From the NCBI RefSeq assembly GCF_024700885.2, contig NZ_CP117016.1: a DNA stretch of 64,000 nt; one strand, given 5' to 3'. Each line of letters opens with the position of its first letter. The stretch's first letter is position 1. The notes under the pieces were generated by a model. That model was not told the origin of the DNA and did no database searches. It saw only the letters and a list, made by a program, of their open reading frames with translations. The stretch comes from Escherichia coli. GTDB lineage: Bacteria; Pseudomonadota; Gammaproteobacteria; Enterobacterales; Enterobacteriaceae. Shown piece after piece: positions 46,806 to 61,481 of the stretch. A program made the translations under genes and the position numbers.

Positions 46806-47381
46806 TTACTTCTGCTGTACGCCTTCCACTGAAATAATCAGATCCACTTCCTGAGAAGCTGGACCTAAATCTGTTTTGATATTGAAGTCCTTGAGCTTAA
46901 TTTTGCCTTCGGCATCGAAGCCTGCACGTTTACCGCCCCACGGGTCGTCGCCCTGACCAATTAATTTCGCTTCCAGCGTGACGGGTTTGGTTACGCCATT
47001 CAGCGTCAGATCGCCGGTAATATCCAGGTCGTCACCGTCTTTCTTCACGCTGGTGGAGGTGAATGTTGCCTGTGGATATTTTGCGGTATTGAGAAAATCC
47101 GCACTGCGAAGATGTTTATCGCGTTCGGCGTGGTTAGTATCGACGCTGGTGGTGTTAATTGTCACATTCACTTTATCGGCAGCTGGATTTTTTTCATCAA
47201 AGGTAAAAGTACCGTCGAAATCTTTAAAGGTGCCGTATAACCAGCTATAGCCAAGGTGCTGTATGCGGAAGTTAACAAAGGCGTGCTGACCTTCTTTGTC
47301 AATTTTGTAATCGGCGGCAACCGCTGAACCGGCAGAGAACATCAGGGAAGCGAAGGTTAAACCAAGCAGGCTTTTTTTCAT
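46806..47381 (-). CDS. yceI: Periplasmic protein YceI
   Basis: 191 aa with signal peptide. Confidence 0.9.
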   Translation of the reverse strand: MKKSLLGLTFASLMFSAGSAVAADYKIDKEGQHAFVNFRIQHLGYSWLYGTFKDFDGTFTFDEKNPAADKVNVTINTTSVDTNHAERDKHLRSADFLNTAKYPQATFTSTSVKKDGDDLDITGDLTLNGVTKPVTLEAKLIGQGDDPWGGKRAGFDAEGKIKLKDFNIKTDLGPASQEVDLIISVEGVQQK

Positions 47382-47384
47382 TTT

Positions 47385-47951
47385 TTATACTCCATAGTCA
47401 GATGACGACTTTCCCAGCATGCGCTTCAGAGTGTCGTCTTTATCGATGAAATGATGCTTCAGGGCCATAAATCCGTGCATAACGGACAGTACTACGACGC
47501 TCCACGCGAGCCAAAAATGCAGGGCACCGGCAAAGTCAGCCTGTGCGCCAGCGTCGGCGAGGGTCGCGGGGACGTCAAACCAGCCAAAAACGCTGATCGG
47601 TTTACCATCGGCAGTTGAGATCAGATAGCCGCTGATGCCGATGGCGAACAGCAATAAGTACAATGCGAGATGTCCAGCCTTTGCGCCAAGACGAGTCATG
47701 GGCGAATAACTCTGCAGCGGACCCGGCGGTGGAGATATGACGCGCCACAGAACGCGAATAACCAGCCCCATCATTAACAAAATACCGATGCTTTTATGCA
47801 GTTCGGGTGCTTTGTGATACCAGCCATCGTAATAACTGAGCGTGACCATCCACAGACCTAAAGCAAACATGCCGTAGACAATAATTGCGCTTAGCCAATG
47901 GAAGGCCGCAGATATAACACCATAGCGTTCAGGGGTATTTGTGAATGACAT
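47385..47951 (-). CDS. yceJ: Cytochrome b561 homologue YceJ
   Basis: Start at MSFTNTPERYGVISAAFHW; His-containing TM helices. Confidence 0.85.
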   Translation of the reverse strand: MSFTNTPERYGVISAAFHWLSAIIVYGMFALGLWMVTLSYYDGWYHKAPELHKSIGILLMMGLVIRVLWRVISPPPGPLQSYSPMTRLGAKAGHLALYLLLFAIGISGYLISTADGKPISVFGWFDVPATLADAGAQADFAGALHFWLAWSVVVLSVMHGFMALKHHFIDKDDTLKRMLGKSSSDYGV

Positions 47952-48211
47952 AAGTGCATCCAAAACGAATTTGCGAGAGAAAGAAAATGGCGTGTCGGAG
48001 AGTGAATTGCAACACAAAAAAAACAAATTGAATGATATTTATTTTTATTTCAATAATTTTGAATTAATAATGAAAGAATCTTCATAAGTTTAGTGGGTTC
48101 AGCATCAGAGATGTCTGGTGAGTGCTGTAGAAGCAGGAATAATCTCATTCAATTTTTCACGCTAAATGAAAGGGAGATTAAATATTTGTCAGTTTATGTC
48201 AGTGCGGAAAA

Positions 48212-48325
48212 CTAAAAATAAAACACATAGATCAGATCCATAATTGCCAACAATCCCCAGAGAAAAAGATAAAGCATCAGATGCTCGCGAATATTATTGA
48301 TGAGATAGTGCAACAGCCGACGCAT
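48212..48325 (-). CDS. yceO: Small hydrophobic protein YceO-like (37 aa as read here)
   Basis: Hand-translated: [37 protein letters not shown] then TAG; below ORF-track size cutoff; located between yceJ and solA. Confidence 0.5.
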
Positions 48326-48372
48326 TAAATACTCCTGTAAAAACGGCCTCATTCTGGAGGCCGTAATGATGA

Positions 48373-49491
48373 TTATTGGAAGCGGGAAAGCCTGAATGGC
48401 GTCAAATCAAAATCGCTTTTTTTGTCTTGCGCAAAATCGGCAGCTATTTCCCCTAAAACTGACGCAAATTTAAAACCGTGCCCGCTCAGGCCGGTAATGA
48501 GCAGTGTATTATCGTGGCCGGGTAGAGTATCGATAATAAAATCTTCGTCAGGCGAATTATCATAGGTGCAGGCAGCGCCGTACAGGCAGCAACCGATACC
48601 CGGCAAGACATTGCGCAAGAACGGGAAGGCTTCCGAACCATCGCTGACCACTTCCGCAAACGGAACACGTTCATCCGCTGAATGGATAATCTGGCCTCCG
48701 TTATGTTTGCCAATCTTCAACGCGTCGTTTTCTGCCGGAAAACCATAATATTGATCGCCATTGGGCAGTTCACCGGTAAACGCCGGGAATTTATTCTTCA
48801 CGCTATAGCGCCCATCGGCCTGATACCAGGCAAATACTTTGCGTACGGGCTGGACAGGCAACTCCGGGAGCAGGTCTTTTACCCATGTTCCCGCGCAGAC
48901 AATCGCTTTTTTCGCCTGATACTCACCGTCAGCCGTTTCAATAGTTACGCCATCATCGTCATGACGAATTGCGGTGACCGGGCAGTTGAACAGCTGCGCA
49001 CAGCCCGCTTCCTTCGCCAGTTGGATCCAGGTTTTAATCGCCAGTTCGCTGCGCAAAAAACCGGAATCAGTCTCAAATAAGCCGATGTAGTTGTCCGGGA
49101 CGCGTATTTCCGGCCAGCGGGCCATAATCCCTTGCGCATCGAGCTTTTCAACGTTGAGTTGCCATTGTTCGGCGCTGTGGGCGACGTTGGCGAGAAATGT
49201 GGAATCAGCCGGGCCAAGGTTAATGACGCCAGAGCGTACAAAAATGGGATCTTCTTCGTTGTGGCGGGAGAGTTCATCCCACAGCGTTTGCGCGCGAAGA
49301 ACCAGCGGGACATACTTTTCGCCTTCACCATAAGCATGGCGAATTAATCGCGTATCGCCGTGGTGGCTGCCGTGTTGATGTGGTGGCATATGGGCGTCGG
49401 TCATTAGCACGTTTAAACCGGCACGGGTTGCATAATACCCGGCGGCAGCGCCTACGGAACCGCTGCCAATAATGATGAGATCGTATTTCAT
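48373..49491 (-). CDS. solA: N-methyl-L-tryptophan oxidase SolA
   Basis: FAD-binding [21 protein letters not shown]. Confidence 0.95.
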
Positions 49492-49605
49492 TTTTTTCTC
49501 TCTGCTCTCATGGTTTAAGCAGAGTAATTAACTGAATGCAGATATACAACCCAGAAATGGTAAAGGCACCGGTGAGGTGCCTTTTGGGTGGATGGTCATG
49601 TCATG

Positions 49606-49860
49606 TTAATGACGCCGATACTCGTTTACCGGGAAATCACCGGATTCAATTTTGGCGATTCCTGCTTCTAATATCGAAATAAATTGTCTGGCAACATCAG
49701 TGGTTAACCAGAGCGTCTGACCAACTTCAGTCCCTTCCTGCTCGGACTTATTTGGGGTCTGGTAGTGCAAACGCAACATCAGCGCATCATAGCTATCAAC
49801 GGTGCTGATGTCCCACCCTACGAGCGGATGAGTCTGAATGACTTCATTATTTTTTTCCAT
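49606..49860 (-). CDS. bssS: Biofilm regulator BssS
   Basis: 84 aa MEKNNEVIQTHPLVGWDI... Confidence 0.9.
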   Translation of the reverse strand: MEKNNEVIQTHPLVGWDISTVDSYDALMLRLHYQTPNKSEQEGTEVGQTLWLTTDVARQFISILEAGIAKIESGDFPVNEYRRH

Positions 49861-50149
49861 CATGGCCCCCTAATTCGTGTTACTAGACAACGTTATTCGA
49901 GGTTCAATGCGTTTTTATCTGAAGCAACTTCAGTATACCAATAAGTAAGGGTATTCACCGAATTTTTAAAGGGGGGAACAGATAAATTTTTGCTTTTAAG
50001 ATTTATATGAACAATAAAACAGCATGTCATTCATATTTTTTTAGCATATTGTGCAATTATTTTGAGGAAGTGTAGAAATTTTGTACTCAAAATTTGTAAG
50101 TAAAATAAAAAAGCCGGGGCGACCCGGCAAAAACAAAAATCACTGCATA

Positions 50150-50395
50150 TTATTCGCTGACAAACCAGTCATCGGCGCTTTCCCACGTTTCCTGGAGAAT
50201 TTCGCTAATGCGCTGTTTATCTTCTTTTGTTGCGCCAATAACCGATAAATTATTCGCTGCGGCATAACGTACCGATACGTGGCCTTCATTATCAGGAAAC
50301 GCATACTGAATACGGCGGGAAAGTTCGCCAGCCAGGGCGTCAATAGCCCCAGCTGGCAATGGAGAAGTTTTCGCTATGGTGACTTCAATTCGCAT
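50150..50395 (-). CDS. dinI: DNA damage-inducible protein DinI
   Basis: 81 aa MRIEVTIAKTSPLPAGAIDALAGELSRRIQ...; LexA box immediately upstream. Confidence 0.95.
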   Translation of the reverse strand: MRIEVTIAKTSPLPAGAIDALAGELSRRIQYAFPDNEGHVSVRYAAANNLSVIGATKEDKQRISEILQETWESADDWFVSE

Positions 50396-50416
50396 AATAG
50401 CCCCCTGTTGAATATA

Positions 50417-50432
50417 CTGGTTATTTATACAG
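50417..50432. promoter_or_regulatory. LexA (SOS) box of dinI
   Basis: CTGGTTATTTATACAG = CTG-N10-CAG palindrome 22 bp upstream of the dinI start. Confidence 0.85.
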
Positions 50433-50468
50433 GTAAAATAACCTAATGACAACAGGAAGCTACGATTT

Positions 50469-51515
50469 TTATTGTTTAACGGACCAGCGTACCGTTTCCC
50501 CGGCGAGGAATGGCACCAGTGTGTCATCAGTCAGTGCGATGCTTGCAGCAACCTGTTGTTCTTCGTGGACCAGTTCGATGAATGTGTCGTTGACCGGCAA
50601 GCCATAGAACTGCGGGCCGTTTACAGAACAGAATGCTTCAAAGTGCTGCAGAGCATTCATCTCTTCAAAGACGGTAGCGTAACTGCCCAGCGCGGTTGGG
50701 GCGTTGAAGCAGCCCGCGCAGCCGCAGCTGCTCTCTTTGCGATGACGTGCATGCGGCGCAGAATCCGTACCGAGGAATACGCGATTAAAACCGCTGGCGA
50801 CCAGTTCACGCAATGCCTGTTGGTGAATATTGCGTTTGAGGATGGGTAGACAATACAGATGTGGACGCACGCCACCAACCAGCATATGGTTGCGGTTAAA
50901 CATCAGATGCTGCGGAGTGATGGTGGCAGCCAGCCGTTCATTTCCGTTACGGACATAGTCGGCAGCATCTTTGGTGGTGATGTGCTCAAAAACGACTTTC
51001 AGCGCAGTCAGGCGCTGGCGCAGCGGTTCCATCACGCTTTCTATAAAGCGTGCTTCACGATCAAAAATGTCGATATCTGCATGTGTCACTTCACCATGCA
51101 CCAGTAACGGCATACCGATTTTTTCCATGCGCTCAAGTACCGGCATGATTGCGTCAACTGACGTCACGCCGTGACTTGAGTTAGTAGTTGCGTTTGCCGG
51201 GTAAAGTTTTGCAGCGGTGAACACGCCTTCGTTAAATCCGCGCTCTAGCTCATTAGGGTCTAGTGAATCTGTCAAATAACAGGTCATCAGCGGGGTGAAA
51301 TCGTGCCCGGCAGGTACGGCGTCAAGAATACGCTGGCGATACGCCACGGCGGCCCCAACGCTGGTCACGGGCGGAGCCAGATTGGGCATTACGATAGCCC
51401 GTCCATAAATTTCGCTGGTATACGGCACGACAGTTTTTAACATGTCGCCATCGCGGAGGTGAAGGTGCCAGTCGTCTGGGCGGCGGATCTTTAATACCTG
51501 GGATGGTGCAGTCAT
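50469..51515 (-). CDS. pyrC: Dihydroorotase
   Basis: [23 protein letters not shown] metal-binding HxH motif; 348 aa. Confidence 0.95.
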   Translation of the reverse strand: MTAPSQVLKIRRPDDWHLHLRDGDMLKTVVPYTSEIYGRAIVMPNLAPPVTSVGAAVAYRQRILDAVPAGHDFTPLMTCYLTDSLDPNELERGFNEGVFTAAKLYPANATTNSSHGVTSVDAIMPVLERMEKIGMPLLVHGEVTHADIDIFDREARFIESVMEPLRQRLTALKVVFEHITTKDAADYVRNGNERLAATITPQHLMFNRNHMLVGGVRPHLYCLPILKRNIHQQALRELVASGFNRVFLGTDSAPHARHRKESSCGCAGCFNAPTALGSYATVFEEMNALQHFEAFCSVNGPQFYGLPVNDTFIELVHEEQQVAASIALTDDTLVPFLAGETVRWSVKQ

Positions 51516-51566
51516 TAATCTCTATGCTCCGGCTGAAGGGATGTTTTTGCCGGACACAAAGGATAA

Positions 51567-51582
51567 GCGGAAACGTTTTCCT
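51567..51582. promoter_or_regulatory. Putative PurR operator (pur box) in pyrC promoter
   Basis: GCGGAAACGTTTTCCT, near-palindromic around AAACGTTT, ~50 bp upstream of pyrC start. Confidence 0.4.
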
Positions 51583-51588
51583 TTGCAC

Positions 51589-51615
51589 GAAAAATAAAGG
51601 GCGCGAATGCGCCCT
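51589..51615 (-). terminator. Rho-independent terminator downstream of yceB
   Basis: AGGGCGC-GAAT-GCGCCCT hairpin with adjacent A-run on plus strand (T-run on minus strand). Confidence 0.55.
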
Positions 51616-51620
51616 CGTGA

Positions 51621-52181
51621 TTAATCAGTAAACGGAATGACAATTTCGCCTGGCTTCACTTCAATGCCTTTCGCCAGTTTCTTCGCCATTGCTTCGCCCT
51701 GGCTGCCATCTTCGCGCAGGACGTAAGCTGGTTGCTGGTTAAAGTAATTGCGTAATGCCTGGTTCAAATAGGGGAGCAACGTTTGCATCACCGTTTGCAT
51801 TTTTTCCGGTTGTACCGTCGCACCGACCACTTCCATCTCTTTCAGGAAGATCGCACCTTTTTCTTTATCAAACACGGGCAGCGCTTTCAGCTTCAGTTTC
51901 ATGGTCGCTTTCTGGCTACCGAACAGGGAGTTCATGTCCAGATTGGCGTCTCCGGTTAGGGTAACCTTATTCGGCTCTTCGCGACCAATTTGGCTGGTCA
52001 GGTTTGTCAGAACAATATGGGCGTCAGCCACGCCGGGTAAACCGATATCTTTTGAGAAATTATTATGTTTCGCAAGCGACTGGTTAATTTCTTGTTCGGT
52101 GATGGTGTATTGGGTGAGTTGATTACAGCCAACGAGCAGGCCACTGACGATCAATGCAGCGGCAAATAAAAACTTGTTCAT
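51621..52181 (-). CDS. yceB: Lipoprotein YceB (DUF1439)
   Basis: Start at MNKFLFAAALIVSGLLVGC (lipobox); ORF-track upstream extension rejected. Confidence 0.9.
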   Translation of the reverse strand: MNKFLFAAALIVSGLLVGCNQLTQYTITEQEINQSLAKHNNFSKDIGLPGVADAHIVLTNLTSQIGREEPNKVTLTGDANLDMNSLFGSQKATMKLKLKALPVFDKEKGAIFLKEMEVVGATVQPEKMQTVMQTLLPYLNQALRNYFNQQPAYVLREDGSQGEAMAKKLAKGIEVKPGEIVIPFTD

Positions 52182-52314
52182 GGTAGTCCTCGACATGAAA
52201 TCTGCGTCAATATCCTGACACAACGCAGCATGTGTCACCAGCGATAAACGCGCCAGCAGAAAAAACTGAAAACGGCGGCAACCCGCGAATACAGGCTGCC
52301 GCGGCGGGTCAGGA

Positions 52315-52962
52315 TTAAATCGCCATTGATGATAACAAATTGATTTGTGTCTGTTTCGCCATATTATCGCGGTAATCAGCAACGCGGCTTGGCCAGTTGA
52401 TTCCGGCTACCAGCGTCAGATTACGCAGTAGCGGAAAAAGCTGAATATCATCTTCCGAAAGTTCGCCATTCACGGCGTTCGGTTTGACGATCAGTTTGTC
52501 CAGCGCACGTAAATCATCGCTGATATTCTTAATCAGACCGTCAGAGTGGGCCAGCAGGTCGGCAAAATTACCCGCGCTGGCCTCTTTCTTGTCGACGAAA
52601 TATTTGCGCGCGGCGGGAGTAGAAAACTCATCAAATGCCGATTTGGCAAAACGCGGCAACAGCAGTTTGTTGGCGTAGCCATTGACCTTGCGCAGCCACT
52701 CTTCAATGGCAGGGGAACGTTTGCCGGTCAGTAACGGTTTGCCGTCGAGTTTATCGACATAGTGAACGATGTCCATGCTTTCTGGCATATAGCGGCTGTC
52801 ATCTTTTTGCAGAATGGGAACCTGTTTTTGACCGACCATCCGGGTGGGTGTTTCTGCGTCGTCGTTGAGCAGAACATGTAATTCGACGGGGATATTTTTC
52901 AGGCCGAAAATCATGCGGGCTTTGAGGCAGTAAGGGCAGTGATCGTAAATGTATAGCTTCAC
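52315..52962 (-). CDS. grxB: Glutaredoxin 2
   Basis: MKLYIYDHCPYCLKARMIFGLKNIP CPYC active site. Confidence 0.95.
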   Translation of the reverse strand: MKLYIYDHCPYCLKARMIFGLKNIPVELHVLLNDDAETPTRMVGQKQVPILQKDDSRYMPESMDIVHYVDKLDGKPLLTGKRSPAIEEWLRKVNGYANKLLLPRFAKSAFDEFSTPAARKYFVDKKEASAGNFADLLAHSDGLIKNISDDLRALDKLIVKPNAVNGELSEDDIQLFPLLRNLTLVAGINWPSRVADYRDNMAKQTQINLLSSMAI

Positions 52963-53025
52963 GTGACTCCTCCATTTGGCTGTCAGTTCACTTTCAGTAT
53001 GGAGGAGTCAGGGGGGAGTATCAAA

Positions 53026-54234
53026 TCAGGCGTCGCGTTCAAGCAAACGACGCGCGGCGCGTTTCTGGCTAAACTGCCAACCCAGCGCAAGGAAAGTGAA
53101 GATGCCAATAATGCCCAGCATCATCCACGGAAGCTCTGGCTGGTGTGCCGATTTGCCCAGGTCAAACAGCCAGCCGCCACCGATATAACCAATAGCGCCG
53201 CCAATCGCCAGACCCAGACGGCTAAACCCCATATAGCTGCCGCGAGCTCTTGCGTCTGCCAGCGAAGCACTTAAGGTTTCACGCGCAGGCTCGGCAATGA
53301 TCGACCCGATATAAAACAGACAAATCAGGGTGAAAAGTTGTTGCAGGCCGCTGACCATGCCCACCGGCATCATGCTTAATGACATTATCAACAGCCCAGC
53401 CATCAACCGGTGTTCCAGACGAAAATGCTTTTCACTCCAGCGGGCGATAGGATAGAGCAACGTTAACGACAGACACGCTTCAATGGCATACATCCATTTA
53501 ACGGCAGAGGGCGCGCCCGCCACGTCGTTGACCATAATTGGCAGCATCAGCATCACTTGTACAGCCAGCATGTAGTAACCCGCCAGCGTCAGGACATAGG
53601 TGACAAAACGCTTGTCGCGCATCACGCGGGTCATGCCTTCGCGAACGGGCGTGCGTACGGTGGAGAGTTTCCATGCCGGTAACAACCACGCATTGAACGC
53701 TGCACACAGCACAAACAAAACTGCCCCTGTGGCGCAGACCAGGCGAAAGTCGTATTGCAACAGCCAGCTACCCAACAATGCGCCAATGACCGCACCGGCA
53801 CTGTCCTGCATCATCAACAGCGAGAAAAAACGACCACGCTGTTGTGGACGGATTAGTTTCACCACCAGCGCCGAACGCGGCGGATCAAACAACGTGCCGC
53901 CGAGTCCCGAGAGCAGGCATGAAAACCACAATAGCCACGGTTCGTGGGCGATACCCATCGTGGCGAATCCGGCGGCACGCATCAGCATACCGGTAACAAT
54001 CATCGGTTTGGCACCAAAGCGGTCGGCAATTGCTCCGCCGAAAATACCCAGACCTTGCTGAATAAACTGGCGTAGGCCGAGGGCAATACCGACCATGACG
54101 GCGGCCCAGCCCATTTGATCAACGAAGCGGATAGAGATCAGCGGGAAGACAACAAAGAACCCCAGCACGACCAGCATATTATCGATGAGCAGGAAATATT
54201 TACCCAGGTTCCTCGCCTGCGACACGCGGGACAT
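53026..54234 (-). CDS. mdtH: MFS transporter MdtH
   Basis: Start at [16 protein letters not shown]; 12-TM MFS. Confidence 0.9.
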
Positions 54235-54469
54235 TTCCCCTCCCGGGAAATAAAAGATGAGCACTTTCTATTCTGCATTGCCGCTAAGACTTTTCCCATC
54301 ACTTCGGGGACAATATTTTTTTATCAAAACGTCGCTTTGATAGAGAGTTTTTATCAAATATGTGAATAATGCAGAAAATGGCATTCTGGACTTTTCACAG
54401 GGTCTGGTTGCGCAGGTATAGTAATACTTACAGCGTATTAAAGACGTTACGGGAAGGAGTAGGTATAGA

Positions 54470-55712
<1,243 letters not shown>

Positions 55713-55713
55713 A

Positions 55714-56637
55714 GTGAAAAAATTACGTATCGGCGTAGTGGGGTTAGGCGGCATCGCGCAAAAGGCGTGGTTACCGGTGCTGGCGGCAGCGTCTGACTGG
55801 ACGTTACAAGGTGCGTGGTCGCCTACGCGCGCGAAAGCCTTGCCAATTTGTGACAGCTGGCGCATTCCTTATGCCGATTCGTTATCCAGCCTTGCCGCCA
55901 GTTGCGATGCGGTTTTTGTGCATTCCAGCACCGCCAGCCACTTTGACGTGGTCAGTACGTTACTCAATGCGGGGGTACATGTCTGTGTCGATAAACCGCT
56001 GGCAGAAAATCTGCGCGATGCTGAACGGCTGGTGGAACTTGCGGCACGGAAAAAACTGACGTTGATGGTCGGTTTTAACCGTCGTTTCGCACCACTCTAC
56101 GGTGAGTTAAAAACGCAACTCGCCACCGCAGCCTCGCTAAGAATGGATAAACATCGTAGCAATAGCGTCGGGCCACACGATCTTTATTTCACGTTGCTGG
56201 ATGATTATCTGCATGTGGTGGATACCGCGCTGTGGTTGTCGGGCGGCAAAGCCTCTCTGGATGGCGGTACGCTACTGACTAACGACGCTGGCGAAATGCT
56301 GTTTGCCGAGCACCATTTTTCGGCCGGCCCTTTGCAGATCACCACCTGTATGCATCGCCGTGCCGGAAGTCAGCGTGAAACCGTGCAGGCCGTGACTGAC
56401 GGTGCGCTCATCGACATTACAGATATGCGCGAATGGCGTGAGGAGCGTGGGCAGGGTGTAGTGAATAAACCGATTCCTGGTTGGCAGAGTACGCTTGAGC
56501 AACGTGGATTTGTCGGCTGTGCGCGGCACTTCATTGAATGCGTGCAAAATCAGACAGTTCCGCAAACCGCCGGCGAACAGGCAGTGCTGGCGCAACGTAT
56601 CGTTGACAAGATCTGGCGCGATGCGATGAGTGAATAA
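55714..56637 (+). CDS. yceM: Oxidoreductase YceM (MviM)
   Basis: GTG start 2 nt after yceH stop; Rossmann motif IGVVGLGGIAQKAW. Confidence 0.85.
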   Translation: MKKLRIGVVGLGGIAQKAWLPVLAAASDWTLQGAWSPTRAKALPICDSWRIPYADSLSSLAASCDAVFVHSSTASHFDVVSTLLNAGVHVCVDKPLAENLRDAERLVELAARKKLTLMVGFNRRFAPLYGELKTQLATAASLRMDKHRSNSVGPHDLYFTLLDDYLHVVDTALWLSGGKASLDGGTLLTNDAGEMLFAEHHFSAGPLQITTCMHRRAGSQRETVQAVTDGALIDITDMREWREERGQGVVNKPIPGWQSTLEQRGFVGCARHFIECVQNQTVPQTAGEQAVLAQRIVDKIWRDAMSE

Positions 56638-56659
56638 ACCCTGTAACATCTGGCGGTAG

Positions 56660-58282
<1,623 letters not shown>

Positions 58283-58321
58283 CAATGCATTCCGGCCTGC
58301 AGTGCAGGCCGGAGATAATCT

Positions 58322-58738
58322 TCAGATCGTAATCTTTTTACCGCCGCGATGGGTTGTTGAGGTCTGACCGTTCGCTCCATATAGCGTCGGTTCCTGATGC
58401 GGTTTCAACATTTCCAGCGCCTGTTGATTGCGCTCAATCTGTCCTTCCAGTAACCAGCCGTTATGTTGATTCATTTGGCGTAGTTGCTGCGTTTTCACAG
58501 TAATTTCCTGCCAGCGTTGACTAATATCAACGCTATTTGCTGCATTGGGTTCTTTCCTGCGTAACTGTTCGAGGTAATCCAGCGTCGCCAGCAGAGAGCT
58601 TTTTTGTTCTGTAATCCATTGCAACTGGCTGCCGTTGATCTGCCCCATAGAGAGATGTTGCTGCTCTTGATCCATTACCGTTTTGAGATCGTTAAGCACA
58701 GCGGACATCTGGTCGAGGATCTCTGCAAGACGCGTCAT
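58322..58738 (-). CDS. flgN: Flagellar export chaperone FlgN
   Basis: 138 aa. Confidence 0.9.
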   Translation of the reverse strand: MTRLAEILDQMSAVLNDLKTVMDQEQQHLSMGQINGSQLQWITEQKSSLLATLDYLEQLRRKEPNAANSVDISQRWQEITVKTQQLRQMNQHNGWLLEGQIERNQQALEMLKPHQEPTLYGANGQTSTTHRGGKKITI

Positions 58739-58742
58739 ACGA

Positions 58743-59036
58743 TCAGTTACTCTGCAAGTCTTGCTGCGCTTCGTTGATCAGCGCATCGGCAATTTTGCCG
58801 GTGTCCATTTTTAGTTCACCGTTACGAATCGCCAGTTTTAACGCTTCGACACGTTCAAGATTGATATCACTGCTGCCGGGTTGCATCAGTTTTGCTTGCG
58901 CGTCGCTTAACGTCACACTGGTGCTGGTGGAGGCGGTTGTTTTTGCCGCCCGGGTGTTCGTTACCGGCGCGTCAATGGTTTCGCGCGGTTGAACGGTGCT
59001 TACGGGCTTCAGAGGCGAAGTGCGATCAATACTCAT
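58743..59036 (-). CDS. flgM: Anti-sigma-28 factor FlgM
   Basis: 97 aa. Confidence 0.9.
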   Translation of the reverse strand: MSIDRTSPLKPVSTVQPRETIDAPVTNTRAAKTTASTSTSVTLSDAQAKLMQPGSSDINLERVEALKLAIRNGELKMDTGKIADALINEAQQDLQSN

Positions 59037-59111
59037 GGTTTATTCCTCATTGAGGGCGCTTTTATCATGTGTTGCTTATTTATCGGCAAGGGACGGGTAA
59101 TCTTTAACAGC

Positions 59112-59771
59112 TTACAGGTTTATAAGAATATTCCCATCTGCATCAACAACGCCGCTGACCACCTGTCCCGATACCATGCGCACCCGCGCATTCTGTGCGA
59201 CGGCTGCATTGTTCAGCGCCTGACCTTCTGCGTTGGCGCTAAACCCATCACCACTGGCGATCACGTTGACGCGTTGTCCCGCTTTTACCCGCCATGCCTG
59301 GCGAAACTGGGTTAACTGGATAGGTTGATCGGGTGATAGATCGCGCAGGCTAACGGCATCAACAAGTTGATTGATATCCAGCACCGTACGCGGTGGCAAG
59401 GTGTCCAGCCGTCCGCGTTTCAGTTTGACATTGCCAGCTTCCAGCTTTCCTCCCCGCACAATGGGCATTGCGGCAACCACATAATTTCCTGTGGCCTGCA
59501 CATTAACCTGTAAATATCGTTTGTCGTTACCGCAGCGTGCCAACACATTCACATTGCCCCACAGGCGGGAATTATTGCTCATCGAAAGCAATGGCTGCTC
59601 GCACGGCGGTAGTAGATTGGGCGCTGTACGAATAGAAACACGAACCTCATCACTTACCCCCGCGAGCTGGGCGCTAAAAAAGGTGTGCAATTGCGATGTG
59701 AGATTGCTCGCCGCACTTAACGGACTGAACAGTATCGCGATGATTGCCACGCTACGTTTTATTGCCAGCAT
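59112..59771 (-). CDS. flgA: Flagellar P-ring assembly chaperone FlgA
   Basis: 219 aa with signal peptide. Confidence 0.9.
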   Translation of the reverse strand: MLAIKRSVAIIAILFSPLSAASNLTSQLHTFFSAQLAGVSDEVRVSIRTAPNLLPPCEQPLLSMSNNSRLWGNVNVLARCGNDKRYLQVNVQATGNYVVAAMPIVRGGKLEAGNVKLKRGRLDTLPPRTVLDINQLVDAVSLRDLSPDQPIQLTQFRQAWRVKAGQRVNVIASGDGFSANAEGQALNNAAVAQNARVRMVSGQVVSGVVDADGNILINL

Positions 59772-59925
59772 TTTCGCCCCCTGCCATTTCTACAACGTGA
59801 ATTGTACCTGTCCGCAATGACCATCAACGGCATAAATAGCGACCCATTTTGCGTTTATTCCGCCGATAACGCGCGCGTAAAGGCATTTAAGCTGATGGCA
59901 GAATTTTGATACCTGCGGAGGAGAT

Positions 59926-60342
59926 ATGCTCGATAAGCTCGACGCCGCCTTACGTTTTCAACAAGAGGCGCTCAATCTGCGCGCCCAGCGTCAGGAAGTG
60001 CTGGCAGCAAACATCGCCAATGCCGATACCCCTGGTTATCAGGCGCGCGATATCGATTTTGCCAGTGAACTTAAAAAAGTCATGCAACGTGGACGGGATG
60101 CAACCAGTGTGGTTGCACTGACGATGACCTCAACGCAACACATTCCGGCGCAGGCGCTGACCCCTCCTACCGCAGAACTGCAATACCGTATTCCGGACCA
60201 GCCTTCGCTTGACGGTAATACCGTCGATATGGATCGCGAACGCACCCAGTTTGCCGATAACAGCCTGCAATACCAGATGAGCCTTAGCGCGTTGAGCGGG
60301 CAAATCAAAGGCATGATGAACGTTTTACAGAGCGGAAATTAA
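59926..60342 (+). CDS. flgB: Flagellar basal-body rod protein FlgB
   Basis: 138 aa; first gene of flgB operon. Confidence 0.95.
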
Positions 60343-60345
60343 CGG

Positions 60346-60750
60346 ATGGCACTGCTGAATATTTTTGATATCGCCGGGTCGGCGTTAACTGCCCAGTCCC
60401 AGCGCCTGAACGTGGCGGCCAGTAATCTGGCGAATGCTGATAGCGTGACCGGTCCCGATGGACAGCCATATCGGGCAAAACAGGTGGTATTCCAGGTTAA
60501 CGCTGCACCAGGTGCTGCGACAGGCGGCGTAAAGGTTGCCGATGTTATAGAAAGTCAGGCCCCGGACAAACTGGTTTATGAACCGGGTAATCCGCTGGCG
60601 GATGCAAAGGGCTACGTGAAAATGCCAAACGTTGATGTCGTCGGAGAGATGGTTAACACCATGTCGGCGTCACGCAGCTATCAGGCCAATGTTGAAGTGC
60701 TCAACACGGTGAAAAGCATGATGCTGAAAACCCTTACGCTCGGTCAATAA
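60346..60750 (+). CDS. flgC: Flagellar basal-body rod protein FlgC
   Basis: 134 aa. Confidence 0.95.
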
Positions 60751-60761
60751 AGGAGAAAGCT

Positions 60762-61457
60762 ATGTCCATTGCGGTAACCACCACCGATCCGACAAATACC
60801 GGCGTCAGCACCACCAGTAGTAGTTCGCTCACGGGCAGCAACGCCGCAGATTTACAAAGCAGTTTTCTGACTTTGTTGGTGGCGCAGCTGAAAAACCAGG
60901 ACCCGACCAATCCAATGGAAAATAACGAGCTGACGTCGCAACTGGCACAAATCAGCACGGTCAGCGGGATTGAAAAACTCAATACCACGCTCGGATCTAT
61001 TTCCGGACAGATTGATAACAGCCAGTCGTTACAGGCCAGTAACCTGATCGGTCACGGCGTGATGATCCCCGGCACCACTGTTCTTGCGGGAACCGGCAGT
61101 GAAGAAGGGGCTGTGACCACGACCACGCCGTTTGGTGTTGAGCTGCAACAGGCGGCAGACAAAGTTACGGCCACCATCACCGATAAAAATGGCGCGGTTG
61201 TGCGCACCATTGATATTGGTGAACTGACCGCCGGAGTCCACAGTTTCACCTGGGACGGTACGTTGACTGACGGCAGCACTGCGCCGAACGGTTCTTACAA
61301 CGTAGCGATTAGCGCCAGTAACGGTGGTACACAACTGGTTGCCCAGCCGCTGCAGTTTGCTTTGGTGCAGGGTGTGATCCGCGGCAACAACGGTAATACG
61401 CTGGATCTCGGCACTTACGGCACCACCACCCTCGACGAAGTACGGCAGATAATTTAA
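60762..61457 (+). CDS. flgD: Flagellar hook capping protein FlgD
   Basis: 231 aa. Confidence 0.95.
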   Translation: MSIAVTTTDPTNTGVSTTSSSSLTGSNAADLQSSFLTLLVAQLKNQDPTNPMENNELTSQLAQISTVSGIEKLNTTLGSISGQIDNSQSLQASNLIGHGVMIPGTTVLAGTGSEEGAVTTTTPFGVELQQAADKVTATITDKNGAVVRTIDIGELTAGVHSFTWDGTLTDGSTAPNGSYNVAISASNGGTQLVAQPLQFALVQGVIRGNNGNTLDLGTYGTTTLDEVRQII

Positions 61458-61481
61458 GCCTTCACATTTCAGGAGTCAGTC

